Below, piece by piece: positions 35,101 to 49,484 of a DNA stretch of 64,000 nt. The translations under genes and the position numbers were made by a program. The DNA is from Haliotis cracherodii. Its lineage: Eukaryota. Under the pieces are notes generated by a model. The model was given only the letters and a program-made list of their open reading frames with translations. It had not been told where the DNA came from and ran no database searches. The stretch lies in assembly GCF_022045235.1 (NCBI RefSeq), contig NW_027266271.1, forward strand, positions 26,908,001 to 26,972,000, in the 5' to 3' direction. The stretch's first letter is position 1, and each line of letters starts with the position of its first letter.

Positions 35101-37742
35101 TTATCAGTAATTAGAAAGGCCTTTACCAAAATTCTAAGTAATAGACTTGTTGGCTGGTGTGAAGAAAAAGAAAAGCTGTATGAGGAACAAGCTGGCTACA
35201 GAAATGGATATAGCACCATAGACAATATATTTGTATTACAATCAGTTATTCAAAAATACCACTCCAAGTCAAAAGGGCGCTGCTATTGTTTATTTAGAGA
35301 CTTTTCGAAGGCATTCGACAGCGTCCAGCACCATTTATTGAAATATGTACTTTTACAAAAAGGTTTAAAAGGTAAATTTTTCACAGTTATCTCATCTCTG
35401 TATAGTCAGCTAAAATCATGTGTTCTAGTTAACAAGTCCTCACTGTCTGAGTTCTTTGAGTGTACAATAGGTAACCAGGCAAGGGTGTATGATAAGCCCA
35501 CTGTTATTCACTCTGTTTTTGAATGAGCTAGTAATTACAGGTTTAATGATTGCAAGGGTATTTTTGTCAGTGAGTATGCTGAAAACATCACTTTGATCAT
35601 GTTTGCAGATGATATTGCTAATGTTGGAGATTCTGTTAGAAGGTTACAGCACCAGATAGATTGTCTAGCAGTCAGTATGGGATGAGTGTTAATTTGGCGA
35701 AAACGAAAATCGTGGTATTCCGAAGAGGTGGTATAGTAACAAAAAAGGAAAAGTGGTATTATGATGGTATTCCTCTGGAAGCAGTATCCGCTTATAAGTA
35801 TCATGGTGAGTTTTTCACTCCTAAGCTCTCATGGAGTTTGGCAAGACGTACCCTGGCACAACAAGGAGAAAAAGCTCTGTATAGATTGTTTGGATTCTTT
35901 AAAAAGTCTAAGCTTAACATTAAAGAGTCCTTGTTTCTATTTTATAGGATGGTTTCTCCAGTCTTATGTTATGCATGATGTGTTTGGGAATTTGAAAGTG
36001 TTCAAGTTATAGAAAATGTGCACTGCAAATTTCTTAGAAAAGTTCTCCATGTTAATTCAAACACTCCATGGGGAGCTAGGACGGTATCCATTACATGTAA
36101 CAACCATGTTCAATTCAACTAAGAATTGGCTGAAAATATTAAACATGTCCACAAATAGGTATCCTAAGGCTTGCTACCTGATGTTATGTCAGTTAGATGG
36201 GGATGGTAGAGCCACATGGGCAACTAGAATAAAATATCTGTTGAACATACTTGGATTTGGTCTAATTTGGTTTGAACAGGGTGTTGGTGACATAACCCAT
36301 TTCCTTAGAATTTGTAGGGAAAGGTTGCAGGATTGTTGGAAACAAACATGGGCACTATCTATAAGTGAAACAAGTAAGCTTAGTAATTATTCCATTATCA
36401 AATCAGTGTTGAAGCCTGAAAGGTATTTGCACAGTATGAAGAATAACAATTTAAGAATTGCTCTTAGTCGATTCAGATGTGGTAACCAAAAACTGGCTGT
36501 TGAAATTTGGCGGTGGGGAGGAGTTGCTAGAGAGGACAGAGTATGTAAATATTGTTTTGATAATCTGAGTGTATCAATTGCGGAGGATGAAGTTTATTTT
36601 ATTACATCATGTTACATGTATAACAAATTCAGAAATATGCTTTTGCCAAGTATTTGCACTAGTAATCTTTCTACACTCGACAAATTTGAGAAAGTTATGA
36701 TAGATAATTCTTTGTTAGAATCTTTAGCACTGTATATTGTTAAATGCACGCAGACAAGGCAGGTTTATCTCAGAGTTTAAAGGGAGACAACTTTATATAT
36801 AGTGTACGAGTGCTTCACTTACTTTTGATGATTATAGTAGATCTTTTCTTAATGATTGTAATTGTTTGCAATTTAAAATTGTTGTGACTTGATTATATAC
36901 ACATGTACTCTGGGCTGGAGGCCTTTATTACAGAATAAAAGAGTCTTGAAGTCTTGAAACAGACTGGAGACGAGTAGCCTTTTTGACAGTACCACATATT
37001 CCTTGAATATATTTGGAAACTACGGTATTGATTTTAAGGTGTTCTGCATCAACACCTTCAGCAACCTGAAATCGTGGCCAAGAGTCGACATTGAATATGG
37101 ATTCCTCATCAAAAGATAGACCAGTGTCTGTGTCAATATGCCTTTTGTGATTTTGTACGAGAACCAGTGAATTGTGAGTTAGCCATAGTGAAAGGAAATA
37201 AATTCAACATACCTGCTCACATCCCGCCATGAGTGTCAACAATGACGGTGTTAAAGGGGAAACCCACTACAAACACAAGGACCACAGAGGTGCTATACTC
37301 AAGCAAAAAGGATACAGGTAGCTATTGTTGTCAAACAAGGTAACGGTCATGCTTGTTCTGCCCTTGACAGTCACCTGAAGACAAATAGAACCCGGACTGG
37401 CCCATGAGCTACCACCTTCTGGCATAGACAAAATTAAATGAATTATATGACACGGTACATAAACTCACAATATGTCACGTTCAAAACCATTGCTATAACA
37501 TTGTTTTGTAAGTCAAGTTGTCCATGCACAGTGCATGGCCTGGCCAGCCGATTGACAGAAACGGGCCCATTCTACCACCAGTCTAGGTGAATGTTCCTGG
37601 CTCCAGTGCCCTCAACCACCAGAATTCCGTCCTTTGCCGACTGAGGGGCGCAGGCTATGGCAAATGGGTTGCCAAATTGTGTCGCTTCTTACGACAAGCC
37701 ATCGAGTGCTAAGACACATTCTACCCCAGGGACCCACGGTGT
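32149..37742 (-). mobile_element. I/Nimb-like LINE with both termini and TSD, internally deleted and interrupted
   Basis: TSD AGGA(G/A)GTCCAGGA at 32136-32148 and 37743-37755, with the empty site at ~17570 in the gene C unit. RT-proximal ORF 33280-33501 (DVSNYRPISL) and ORF1 fragment at ~36960-37180. Confidence 0.85.
33575..36958 (+). mobile_element. Nested LINE (probably RTE-X-like) with endonuclease, RT and C-terminal Cys/His domain, degenerate
   Basis: GGICVYVR, YIPPE, IGDLNAR and SDHLP (APE); NYRGISL, EEQAGYR, DFSKAFDSV and MFADD (RT); SRFRCG...RVCKYC...EDE..F...C; AATAAA plus (GTCTTGAA)2 tail. Confidence 0.85.
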
Positions 37743-38207
37743 AGGAAGTCCAGGAACTCATAACATTTGGGTATCTAAATATATCTTAGTAGAGTTACTT
37801 CATAAGTATTTAAAATCGTTAAAATCATCATTACATAATCGTTAAAATCATTCTTCAAACTGTTTCAGTTTGAAGCTAGCATTTACCATTGTCTAATGTG
37901 TACAATGTACAGCTAACCAACTACAGTGACAGGTGTTATTGATGCCATTTGATTGTGAAATCATGGTAACCGATACGTCACAATGGTCAGCAAAGCTGCA
38001 ATCTCAGTGTAGCGATGTCTCCGAGTGAATGAGATCAAGCGTTATTTCCTGCAGAAGCGAGTTATGTGTCGTATTTATAGCATTGCTGTCGGTTCTGAAG
38101 ACAAATACACCGACACAGGACATTCATACAAGCAGAACAACGACAATAGGGACGAAATATTTCAGTGTTAATACTGATTTAATAAAAGAGGAAACAAATA
38201 TGGAAAA

Positions 38208-41200
38208 TTACAATTCTTTATCCATTTTGCAAACCGGCAAAAAGGTCGTCTGGAGTAGGTCCAACCATGTCCTTTGAAAACAAAGGTTTGTTTGCACTTT
38301 CGATGCCTGAAATATTAATATAATCATTACAAAATATCAATTGATGATAGTATGTCAAACAAATACTAAAGTACAAAAATACATATGAAGATTAAACGCA
38401 AAGATGCAACGAGATATTAATCCATAGTTATACTATATATATTGAGCCTTTTTTCCCTTCTGTATATGGCATCGTCGCCTCGAGCTCTTATTGTTACTTG
38501 TAGAGTTGTGTCTCCTGTTGAATCGCCAGAACCATATGATTGTTGGTTCGAATCCTGGTTTCCCCGACTATGTTTCTCGGTTAGTCAGCACCATACCCGT
38601 ATTCGCGGGTTTTACCGAAGTTGTAAACGTTTAAGGCCTTCTTTACTTTGGGCCTCCCTCCAACATTGAGCTGATACGTCCTGACAAAACTGGAATACTG
38701 CTCAAAGTGTTCGATCAAACTCACTGACTCTTATTGTCACTTAGCATATTCTACATGCATGAGCTGGCTTTAGTTCGGATATCCTTGCACTCCCTCGACG
38801 AACATCCGATAGCTATCTTGGCAAACATTGGGAGGACAAGGTGGCAGTTGTGACCCTTACTGCGATATTGGTCGTTGTCGAAATTATAACCTAATTTATG
38901 TTAATTATCACAAAAACCTTTCTCACTGACGGTCATGATGTTCACACTACAATGGAGGCATCAGTTGGTATGCAGTGTACAGTGAATCCCACAATAACAC
39001 TACTCCGTTGCTACTTCAAATAAACCGAGTAGAGTCCAATGCTTCCTTTGTTGCCTTTGTTATAAGCTGAAGGTGACTGAACCTCACACATCTAACTACA
39101 CAATGGTATTAAGAGGGTTGCTGGTATGTTATTACATTTGGAGTTATAGTAATTATAGACTAACATCCTGATCAAAAGTGTTGTTTACAAACAACATTTC
39201 AAACAATTCCCATTTTACGATATTCCATCTATTGCGTACGTACGGGACACGAACGAGAGTGGCCACTGACGTGAGAACACTGTACAAACATACATAAACT
39301 GTCCTTTGTTATTGGTTTCCTTACATATTGTGGTGGGTTGCCAAGGGATGCCGCATTACAAACCACCCTCAATCTAAACAAGGCTCTCACTCTAGAAGCA
39401 ATACTAAACCCACAAAATAAACTAGAAAACTTCAAGGCCTTAGGCGTATTCTTAATCAAAACGGAACTAATAAAACGCATCTAAAAACATAATAACCTAC
39501 CAAATCAAAATCACATAAACAAACACACATCCACCATACCCAGCTCCCTTAGTTCTCCTCCCCAACCCCATCGGCATCTATTCCAAATCTCAAAATTCCC
39601 AATTTCTATATAAGCAACCCCTAAAGCCCCCTCTTGGGTTGCACAGACCACCTTCGCTCCTTTCGGAAACACATTAAATGGCCTGGCCGGGCCCGTGTGC
39701 GGAAAACGCATCAGTCGGAAAGCGCACGTTAAATCTCCAAAGTAAGTAAGTAAGTAAGTAATAGGAGCTTCATTTTTGCTGAAGGTGGTCAAAGCTAACA
39801 ATGTGAAACCAAAGGACTTCAACGATGTGTGCCAAATATTTGACAAATAAAACATATGTCTGGCTAGTTGAAACCGAAAAACTCAAATGAAAACACCTGT
39901 CGGAAAAGGATCTAAGAGGAAAGCACATGTAGATATATTAAGCAACCATCACATAAAATCATACTTTTACTAAAAACATTCTTTCCCTTTAAGTCTTTGA
40001 AAGGAAGTTAAAAGTGATATCATTTTACCTTGTGAAGGAGTAACATATATTCCGAAACGTTGTGTTCCTCATAATAAAGAAGTTTACATCCATAAATTCT
40101 CTTCCTCTCATCCTCTTTAGTTTAATTTTATAACTGACATGCAGTCTCGGGCGACCTGGAACCGGATAGTATTGTATTGAAAATCTTTTTACACCGGATT
40201 AGATATTGATTGATTATTAAATATTTTTATATTTATTCAATTAGAATGGCAGATGGACATGATCTCCCTGGTTCAATAAAGTTAAAACTTTACAACTAAG
40301 AACCACAAAATATCCTTTCCAAAGCGGAGCAGATTTCATATTTGAAAATGCATTCATACAATAGATTCCTACTATATTTACATGGATATATTTGTCAGTC
40401 GTTTTTTTCCGAATTTCACAGATGGACGAAAATAGGATAACGACAGTCAACCTAGTGAAAAATTAAAACTCACAGATGTCACGCAAATTTCAGAACTATT
40501 CAATATTTCAAGCACTAATTCAACTTGTGTTTCTGCAAACAATTTATGAATCAGAATGTCTTACATCTTCTTGTAAGAAGACCGTAGATAGAAGTACGCA
40601 TTGGTGTATATCTTAACTGTGATAACTGCCCGGTAAGTTCTGACTACCCTAACGGTTTTGGTTATTTATTTTTGTATCAATAACTAAATAACAAGATATA
40701 CGTACAAATAGGCGAAATCATAGTGAATATCAAATTGACTCATTGCAGGTACACCGCGGGTATAGGTTGATGAAGGTAAACTTGGACAGCATGAGTCAGG
40801 CTTTTTTACCTTAACGCTCTTATCGCTCAGGGAGTCACCCAAGGTAGTAGTACGGTTTTCAAAAGTGGTAGTGAGTTATGTCTACTTTATGAGAAACACC
40901 ACAAAGAAATAGCACATTAATGATTATTAAACATGATAGTAAATGGGTTTGTTTTACAAATACAAATTTTATTCACACGCGGCAATGCATTTTAAACGTT
41001 AAATGTTATAAAGGATGGTTTTCATTTCAAAATTAATTTCCCTCAATGTTGAAAGTGTTAATTGGCCCACAAAAATAGCCACAAATTACCTGTCGCCAAG
41101 GAAAATCACTATTATAATTATAGTTGAAACGAATTTCTTGACCAGTTTTGATGAATCTGTGAGCGAAATAGGCAATGTGAGGTCGCCCGTCCACAAAAAT

Positions 41201-43862
41201 TAACCTCGCCATCGCGTTTGGGAAACGCCACTCATCATTCAAGAGACGACCATAGGATCCATCATCTTGGGAACCATCGATCCTGATAACATGAAAATGC
41301 ACAAAATATTACAGCTTGAAAAATGATACTAGGAAGCACTGATCCTTCAAATATGAAAACACACAAACAGTAATAACGTGGTGAATGAATTGTGGCAGCA
41401 TCAATTTTGAATTTGAAAATATACAAAATATCTTAAGCCGGACAATACACTTACACACTTTTGCATCGGATATTTTGATAACAAACAAGTTCAAACACAT
41501 GATCTGAGACTATCTGGATCTGGTATATATAATCTCCAAATGTACAACCCTTACAAGACTTACTTTTCCAAATATAATGTAGAGCTCATACATTATACTG
41601 GTTCGATTGCCTTGCTTTGATACAATCCATCTAGAGGCATTTTAAAATGGGATCTGTGGGGAAAGACAGCTCCGATACTTACCAAAAAGTGCGACCGTCG
41701 CAAGGCAGTTCGAACGTGTACTCGTCTATTATTGGCTTCTCTACACAATATTTTCCATGGTAGTAGGTAATATAATCGCCTGGACCAAAATCCTTGCCAG
41801 CAATTATCCCCCTTCCTGCGAACAAACAATCAATTGTGTAGTGTAACATCAAATGTTACTTCATCAGTTGACATACGATTGAGGCTTTTTTTATCAGATA
41901 CTGATCACATAACATAATTATCTTCGCCTGCCTTCTGTCATTACGTTTACAAATCCGTGGACACAGGACAATGAGTCTTTAAGAGACATGATTGCATAGT
42001 GTTGTAAATAGTACTTGGACAGAGTTAATAGTGTAAATAGTCCATTAAGATACACAGCGCTACCAGTTCAGCAGGGCAAAATCGTATTCCCCTCCCAAAA
42101 CCTCTCAATGCAAAGTATTGTGTTTGCTCTTTGAAGACAGTAGGAAGATGCATACTTTGATACTTATATATGTTCAAAAATAGTCCAAGTACTACAAAAA
42201 TTAATATTTCTAGCAAGTCTTATACCATAATGGTACTGGAAAATACATGGTAGCATTTTGGAACAAGTATATTTACAATTATTGCTTGACCTCAGGTCAA
42301 GGTATGGTGGTCAAGCTATATAATTGCAGTGGTTACGACCATATGTAATTACTGTAGTTACGACATAGGTACAATGACAGTGTAGTTTATCACTGTATTG
42401 CTAGGTGAATTAAACATTACCCTGTAGTTGTGACGTTCCGTTGTAAAATAGTGAACCCTTTCATGAATAAAGTATTCATGTATTCAGTAGGCACAACTTA
42501 AGTATAGTTTCAGTAGTCACAGCAAAGGCATAATAACGGTTTTTTACGGCAAACGCTGGGAAGCGTACACCACAAAACCAAGCTACTGCAATGAAATACA
42601 CTACCAATCGGCAGTCCAAGCAGTGTAATGCGAAGGTATGAAGGCGACATGTCGGATCGTCGGATAGCTGCCCTTGCTTCCTTGATCTGCTGTCTTGTAT
42701 GCTGGGAAGAAGAAAGACAAGGATAATACTTGTATTTATTACTTCAGGTCAAGCTAAGTTCAGATTCAAGTTATCAGTTTTACAGGAGTGAGTGAGTGAA
42801 TTTGGTTTTACGCCGTCTTTAGCAATATTCAAGCAATATCACGGTGGGGGACAACAGAAATGGGCTTCACACATTGTACGCATGTCGGGAATCGAACCCG
42901 GGTCTTGGGCGTGACTTTGCTACCCGACCGCCCCAGGGCGAGCTATGCGAAAGTATAAGGGCGACATGTCTGATCGCAAAATCAGCTGTCTGGTATGCTG
43001 GGAGGAGAAACAGGTAACGATAAAATATGTATTACTGCAGTTCAGATTCAAGTTATCAGTTTCGATGTGGATATAGTTTTACAGAAAGAAATATCTGTAC
43101 ATAACACGGTAATAGTAGGATCTTTGAAATGAAATAGGGTAATGTTGAATCTGAAATATAAGATAGCTAGGTGAAAAATCACAACGAACAATAAAGAAGC
43201 TTGGTTAATTCACGATAAAACTATTGGGAGAAAAGATGCAGATAATGAGCTAAATATTGTGAGAATAAGAAACTTAACCCCCTCCACATAAAATGGACGT
43301 ATTCGACATTCCCGAGGTCGGAGTGTAATCAGGGAGTCATCATCATTTACAAACATGTAATTGTTTTTAAACCTTGTTCATTTGATTGACATCCTTGAAA
43401 AGACTTACAACATGTTGATATCTCAAAGATTCAGTGGACACAGTGTTTTACTGTACGATAAACAACTCCCACTCGTGGTTTATTTCTTAATATTAAAATG
43501 ACACTCGGCAGATTCTACCATGTTCCCCTTTGAATATGCTCATTGTCTCTCGTATTAATATTTATGATGAGAACGATTTCTACATCTATATATAAGTTGT
43601 CCATCGGGTGTGACAGGGATAAAGACTAAAACCTAAATTAAATCCGAAAATTCTCTCAACAAGGTACTTCTTCTTTAAACAAAGTAAACACTGTTTACTG
43701 TGCAGGGGGATTTCACTCATCCACATCTCATACTCACATCAATGAAGTCAGTGTAAACGTTAAAAAAGGAAACAAACATACCTCAGCCACCGTCAGTGCC
43801 ATACATTCATCCTTATTCCAAATTGTGAAAGAAGCCGTCACCAAAATACAGAGCCTATACAT
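38208..43862 (-). CDS. Gene D: signal peptide + SETD8-like SET protein (~200 aa, 5 exons)
   Basis: Exons 43862-43782 (MYRLCILVTASFTIWNKDECMALTVAE), 42701-42605, 41815-41683, 41282-41090 (IDGSQDDGSYGRLLNDEW...QEIRFNY...FPWRQ) and 38306-38208 (ASKVQTNLCFQRTWLDLLQTTFLPVCKMDKEL*). GT-AG, open frame. Confidence 0.85.
42787..42934 (-). mobile_element. SINE family A
   Basis: Family A consensus in reverse with a small internal deletion. Confidence 0.85.
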
Positions 43863-45269
43863 TTCCAGTTGTGAACTCAAAGGTGCTGCAAGCTCAATAG
43901 CCAAATACTCGTAGAGAAGGTAAAATGCTGCATTGTGTATCTAATGAATTGTGATGAACAATGGCATAGTATTCGCCTTTGTTAAAGTCTTGCACACAGC
44001 CGGTAGTTAATCAAGAAAAGTACAAAGTCTTGTGGCAACAGCTTAGTAAACGCACGCACTAATGATACGACATAAATTGTTCTCCTACTTGTTTACATTC
44101 ATCAGGAAGAAATAATTAAATTGACGTTGTGTTCATTGTACTGTATTCTGACAAGCTGAATTTGGTCACGTTGGTTGTTAATGCACTTATTCCCAATAAA
44201 TGTTAAAAAATAAGCCTTCTACATTCACCACTACGGAATGTCGGAGAATTCCAATTACAGTCGGGGGAATTCCCTGTTTCTGGTCACCTGTACTATCATG
44301 CATAGAACGTTTTATCGAAATGCATTTACTTTCATTACGCAAACCACCCTTCAAGGCCGAAGGCCGAGAAGGAATGAAACAGCAAACGTACAGGCTCGTT
44401 CGCCTGGTTTCCACAAATTTCATGACTTCGCGTTCATTTCTAACATGTTTGTTTCCATACTGTGTCTTCCCTAATGTTTGAACGGCCGCCTTCTCCCTGA
44501 CATATTTGTTCCAGTTCTTCTCACCTATTGCCTTGATTGACAGGTCCTATGAACTTTGTTTGATGCTACGCTCAGTTGATTGCCTACTGACTTTGTGTCA
44601 AGTTGTGTTCAAGAAAAGCATCACCTGATTCGTGTCAAGACACAGCACGTATTCAAACGCCGGGAATATTTATCAATCTCTTCATTTTTATCTGCTTTGA
44701 TTTATGTGGATTTGTTGTGGATTAATCTTTAATAATAATAATAATGCATGTTTTCGTTACAATGACTGACTGTGTCGGTTCATTGAGGTATGAATCGAAA
44801 AACCTGTGTTCAAACAATACACGGCCAATCCTAAGTGATTAAAGTTATAACATCGCTATATTATGACGTCACAATACAAGTGTACACAAATACTGTGACG
44901 TCACAATGACGTCACATTGGCAGCTTTACAATGACAGTGGTAAAATTAGTTACTATGTTTAAAAAAGAGATAAATGTCATACTGATTTGATTTGAAACTC
45001 GCAGAGACTATCAACACAGTCTAACATTAATCTCTATTTGAAACACAGTATGTTTATTTCCAGTTTACCATGACTGATTTAAAACTCCTTCTCTCTGCGT
45101 AATCCAGTGTCACGAAATATATTCGCCCCCAGCACACATGACATTACTGAACAATCACCAACCACAAACGTGTGTAGAGGACCAATTTGACTAGCCGGAC
45201 CAATTTTTCTAATCAATATTAACGAAATAAGATTTAAAACGTATCAAATACTTCAAGTTATCGTGATAC

Positions 45270-45798
45270 AAATTTCCATCTGTCGGCGTAGCGTTTATAT
45301 TTATAGGAACATACTATATATAAGTAAATACAACCTAATAATGTCACTGTTCATCGTATTTAAAGCAGACGCGTTGGTTAAAGTAGACCTCTTCTCCCCA
45401 TACTCTCAACAGTCTCACAAGTGTTCGGTCCGAGTTGGCCCGGGCTGTCAAAATCAACTTAAACCTCACAGATGTAACATGAAATGGATTCACACCTATA
45501 GATTAGTATTTTATCTACCTATAAACCACTTAATAGTGTCTCAGATCGCGGATTTAAAGAAAACAAGGTGCTCAAAGTGAAGCCCTTTTCCCTCTACATT
45601 CTCAACATAGTCTCTATCAGAAGTGTTTGGCTTGTGTTGGGTCCAACTTGGCCCGGGCTGTCAAAATCAACTTAAACATCACAGATGTAACATCAAATGT
45701 GTTTACATCTATAGACAAGTATTATGTCTACCTAAATACCACTTTATAGTGTCTCAGATCGCGGTATTTAAAGAAAACAAAGAGCTCAAAGTGAAGCT
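45270..45798. repeat. ~214-bp tandem repeat (2 good copies + 1 degenerate)
   Basis: TTGGCCCGGGCTGTCAAAATCAACTTAAAC...CTCAAAGTGAAGC at ~45435 and ~45648. Confidence 0.8.
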
Positions 45799-46166
45799 CC
45801 TGTGTGTAATCGGTTAAATTGTACGGTATACATTGTAGACAGACAGACAATAATTTATTAATGTCTTACTTCTGTATTTACATAAAACAGCTTTGTACGT
45901 TATACAAATAAACATTGATAGAATGTACAGAACCATTCAATAGAATTATGAGAGATTATTAACAGAATATCCCACTGCTAAGTGTGTGATAAATTGTTGA
46001 ATTAACATTAGATAAGGTTGAGAATTAAGTGTGTGTTTTTTCAATATATCTTAGACTGGTGAGTCGTCTGCTCGATGATAACCAGCCTACTCATATTTTT
46101 ACACTGTTCCCCATTGTTGGAAAGTGTGTCGTCTGCTACCCCAGCTGGAGCCATCTGGTAACAATT

Positions 46167-46369
46167 AATCACAAGCTGTCAATATACAATACATTATAAT
46201 ACATCAAGATGGCAGTTTCCATGTAGAGATAAAGTATTTCTAAGCAACTTAAAGATATACACAATATCTAGATATATGTATCTTTAATTTCCTTAGAAAT
46301 GCTTAATCTTTACATGAAAACTGTCATCTTGATGTATTATTCTGTTTTGTATATTGACAGCTGGCGATT
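46167..46369. repeat. ~200-bp imperfect palindrome (foldback element)
   Basis: Arms AGCTGTCAATATACAA...AAAGATA / TATCTTT...TTGTATATTGACAGCT centred on ATATCTAGATAT. Confidence 0.9.
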
Positions 46370-46822
46370 GAGTACGAGGTATCATTTTTACTGTTTTGAT
46401 ATTTTGCAATATGTTGTGGTCATCAGTTATGCAAATCAGTTTCAGTGTGTCTTTTTAACAATGTGTTTTTCATTAAGATTCACCGCCAGCCCGATTGTTG
46501 CAATCACATGTATACTTTGCTTTGACGATGCCGGTTGATGTTGTTCAATACAGGCTGGCGGTGGGTGTTTATGAATCTATTCTACATGCTAATCATTTCG
46601 GGAAGATGATACACATTCCTCTATATTTTGGGTTACTTTGCTCATATAATATCAGATAATCATTCTTAGTTTTAATTTTTCTCTTCTGCTGTGGTGATAT
46701 CCATCCGAATCCAGGACCTTTGCATAGTCCAGATTTAAAGATTATACATCTAAACGTACGCAGTTTTAAAGACAAAAAAGATTTAATCAGTGCTGAATTA
46801 GATAGTTATGATGGTGTATGTT

Positions 46823-47030
46823 TAAAGCAAGGACTGGTCGGCTCGGAGTCAGTATTCTGTGTCTGAGTGGGGTATTCATGTTTAACTGCGGCATGGTATC
46901 TCAGTGAGCTAGCACTATAAATCGGCATCAGTACAAGCAGCCACACACACGCACACGCGTGCATTCACGTTGCTATATAAGTGCAATAATCTTGGACGCG
47001 ACGTTAAACCCAATTTCACCTCACCTCACC
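46823..47030 (+). mobile_element. SINE family C, 5'-truncated
   Basis: Matches 54545-54755, with a (CACCT)n tail. Confidence 0.85.
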
Positions 47031-49484
47031 CACAACTGATACCATTTTCAAATCGTAGCCTGTAATATGGAATATATTTTAGATCTTAAATCAGAGTATA
47101 GCGGACAGCCTGAGCTGGAGGCGCGCGTGGATATGTTGACAGTTTTTACGTAGTTAGTGTTAAAACCGAATGTTTTCGAGGATTAATAAGATTTCTGAAT
47201 TTCAGTTACGACAGTAACCATACATGTATTTGTTACATTAAGTCATTTCATTCAAATTTGTTTGGTATGATTATGTCTTATAATTATTTTAGGATGGAAG
47301 GTACAGTTACCAAATAAAATATGCCGAAATATCAATTCATTATGACGATATTTCATAATCTATCTTTTAAAGTAACCCTCCTTACATTAAAGATAACTAT
47401 TTAAAGAATATAGTACTTAAAGACATTGCAACAAACCGAATAATCAGAGGGGAGACTTTATACTGAGGGGGGTGCGAAATATATCCGCCCGGGGGAGATT
47501 TTATTTCAGGGGGAGAATCTGTACCGGTATAAAATTTCCGGGGGGAGAATTTGTACGGGGGAGAGTTTATACCGGGACACCGGCATGGCACGAAGAGCAA
47601 TTTGAGCTCGTCTGTGAAAAGGGTGGTAGGTTTCTTGGTAGGTGGTTGTGTATTTTCTAAACATGTAATGTAAACAATATTTTTGATATATTTCACGTGC
47701 CTCTTTTCCGGCATGGGAAAACGAGTGACAGTAATGGCCCTAACGCAATTATTTCTGTAAATGTTTTCATCACTTTGGACAGGTGATTTTGCCCAAGCGA
47801 AAGTGTACTAACATGGATCGACAGGAGTTTTGGTTTTGCAGGAACGCTGGTAGAAAGCAGGATTCTGCTGGTTCAGTACTGACATATATGATTTTTCACG
47901 ATGCAATGGGGCACGAGGGGGTATGAGTTACATTAATTCAGAGTTTTTGCCTGACTCTTATCATGCAAGCACCATGCGACCAAGGTCAAAGTCAAATCAA
48001 ACCAGACTTTTCTTTGCAAATTTACTGGTGATGATTTCTAATTTTAGAAAGATCATCTTGAGAAATTATTATATACCTAGAGAAATTGAGGTTTCGACAA
48101 GTGAGATAGTGGCCATCGGCACTGATATTCAGAAACTTCTTGACCAAGAGGAAACAATGGAGGCTATTTCGCATTTTTTATGTTCCTGAGTAAAGCCACC
48201 GTGAAGGTAAGAATCATCCAGGTAGGGAACTACTGTGCAGCCTCTGTCTCAGAGATGCATGCGCTGGCTTCCACAACTTAGTGATGCTAAGTCATTTGGC
48301 AGGCAAGTGTATTCGTATAATTTACCTGTCGAAATAAATATCATGTATTTTCGGTGCTTTTTTGCCAATGGCACAGAGTAGTAACTAATCATCGTTCAAG
48401 TCAAAGGACATAAAACAATCTGCTCATACTGGATGTTTTTGTTGAACATATTTAATATATGCCTATAAGAATTATCCATCTATATTTACCTACTCATATG
48501 GAGTATATACCTTCTCCATCACGCGAAATAGCGTCCATTGTTTCCTCATGGTCAAGAAGTTTCTGAATTTCAGTGCCTATAGCCACTTCCTCACTCGCAG
48601 AAACCTAAATTTATCTAGGTACATAATAATTTCTGTATTGCAATTCCCTTAATTTCGAATCTCTGTCTCTGAAGTTCATACAGTTTGGCCCGAACACTAT
48701 GAAGATTCATACTCAAATGAACTCACACAAAGTGAAAGTCAATTCTTAGATATAGTAACATCACTATCTTCAAACGTACAGGACATTTTGTCAGAAATGA
48801 AAGCAAATGACATCGGAGTTTACTGATAAATCGATGTGTGGTATGCTGGACATATATACGAAATTGGGCAAGAAATAGATATTCTAATGGGCACCAGATG
48901 TGCTCCCTTCCTTGTTGACCTGTTTCCTCAATCCTGTATATAGCAATCCCAGCACATTTAAACCTACTGAATTTGTCCAAGAAGATGGACATATTTGTTG
49001 GTGATCTGATATTTTCAATAATGGTCACATAGCCAATTCCGTTCCCCAGAATTACCCACATGAACAAGAAATAAAAGAAGATGACTAAGCTATTTCAAAA
49101 TTAGATCTATTTATAAAGATTCAGAGTGACAATATAGCACACAAAAGACAATAAAGCACAAACGTTTGTGTTTGTTCAGAGTTACAGCAGGACTTTAGAT
49201 GAGACTTTCAATGTTTCTGTTTCACAGATGTGGTGTCCGATCGCAATTCCCTTTTCCGACTTGTACCACATGTTTCCGTGTTCGTGCAGGTGAACATTTT
49301 GCCTCATATTTGCATGTGTTGAGTGCGCCTTTTCGCGAACATCTGGTAAAATCATACACTGAAAGTGGTTCATAAACACATGCTTGTGATAGCAGATATC
49401 TGTTATGAGTTTGGGACGGTACTACCAGTAGGGCATGATACGTTCACCTTTTTGCGAACACCTGGTATCATCACAAATACAAAA

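Noticed and set aside
47447-47583. G-rich GGGGGAGA subrepeats as a regulatory G-quadruplex
   Set aside because: Looks like the subterminal end of an unclassified MITE, and no partner end or function can be shown.
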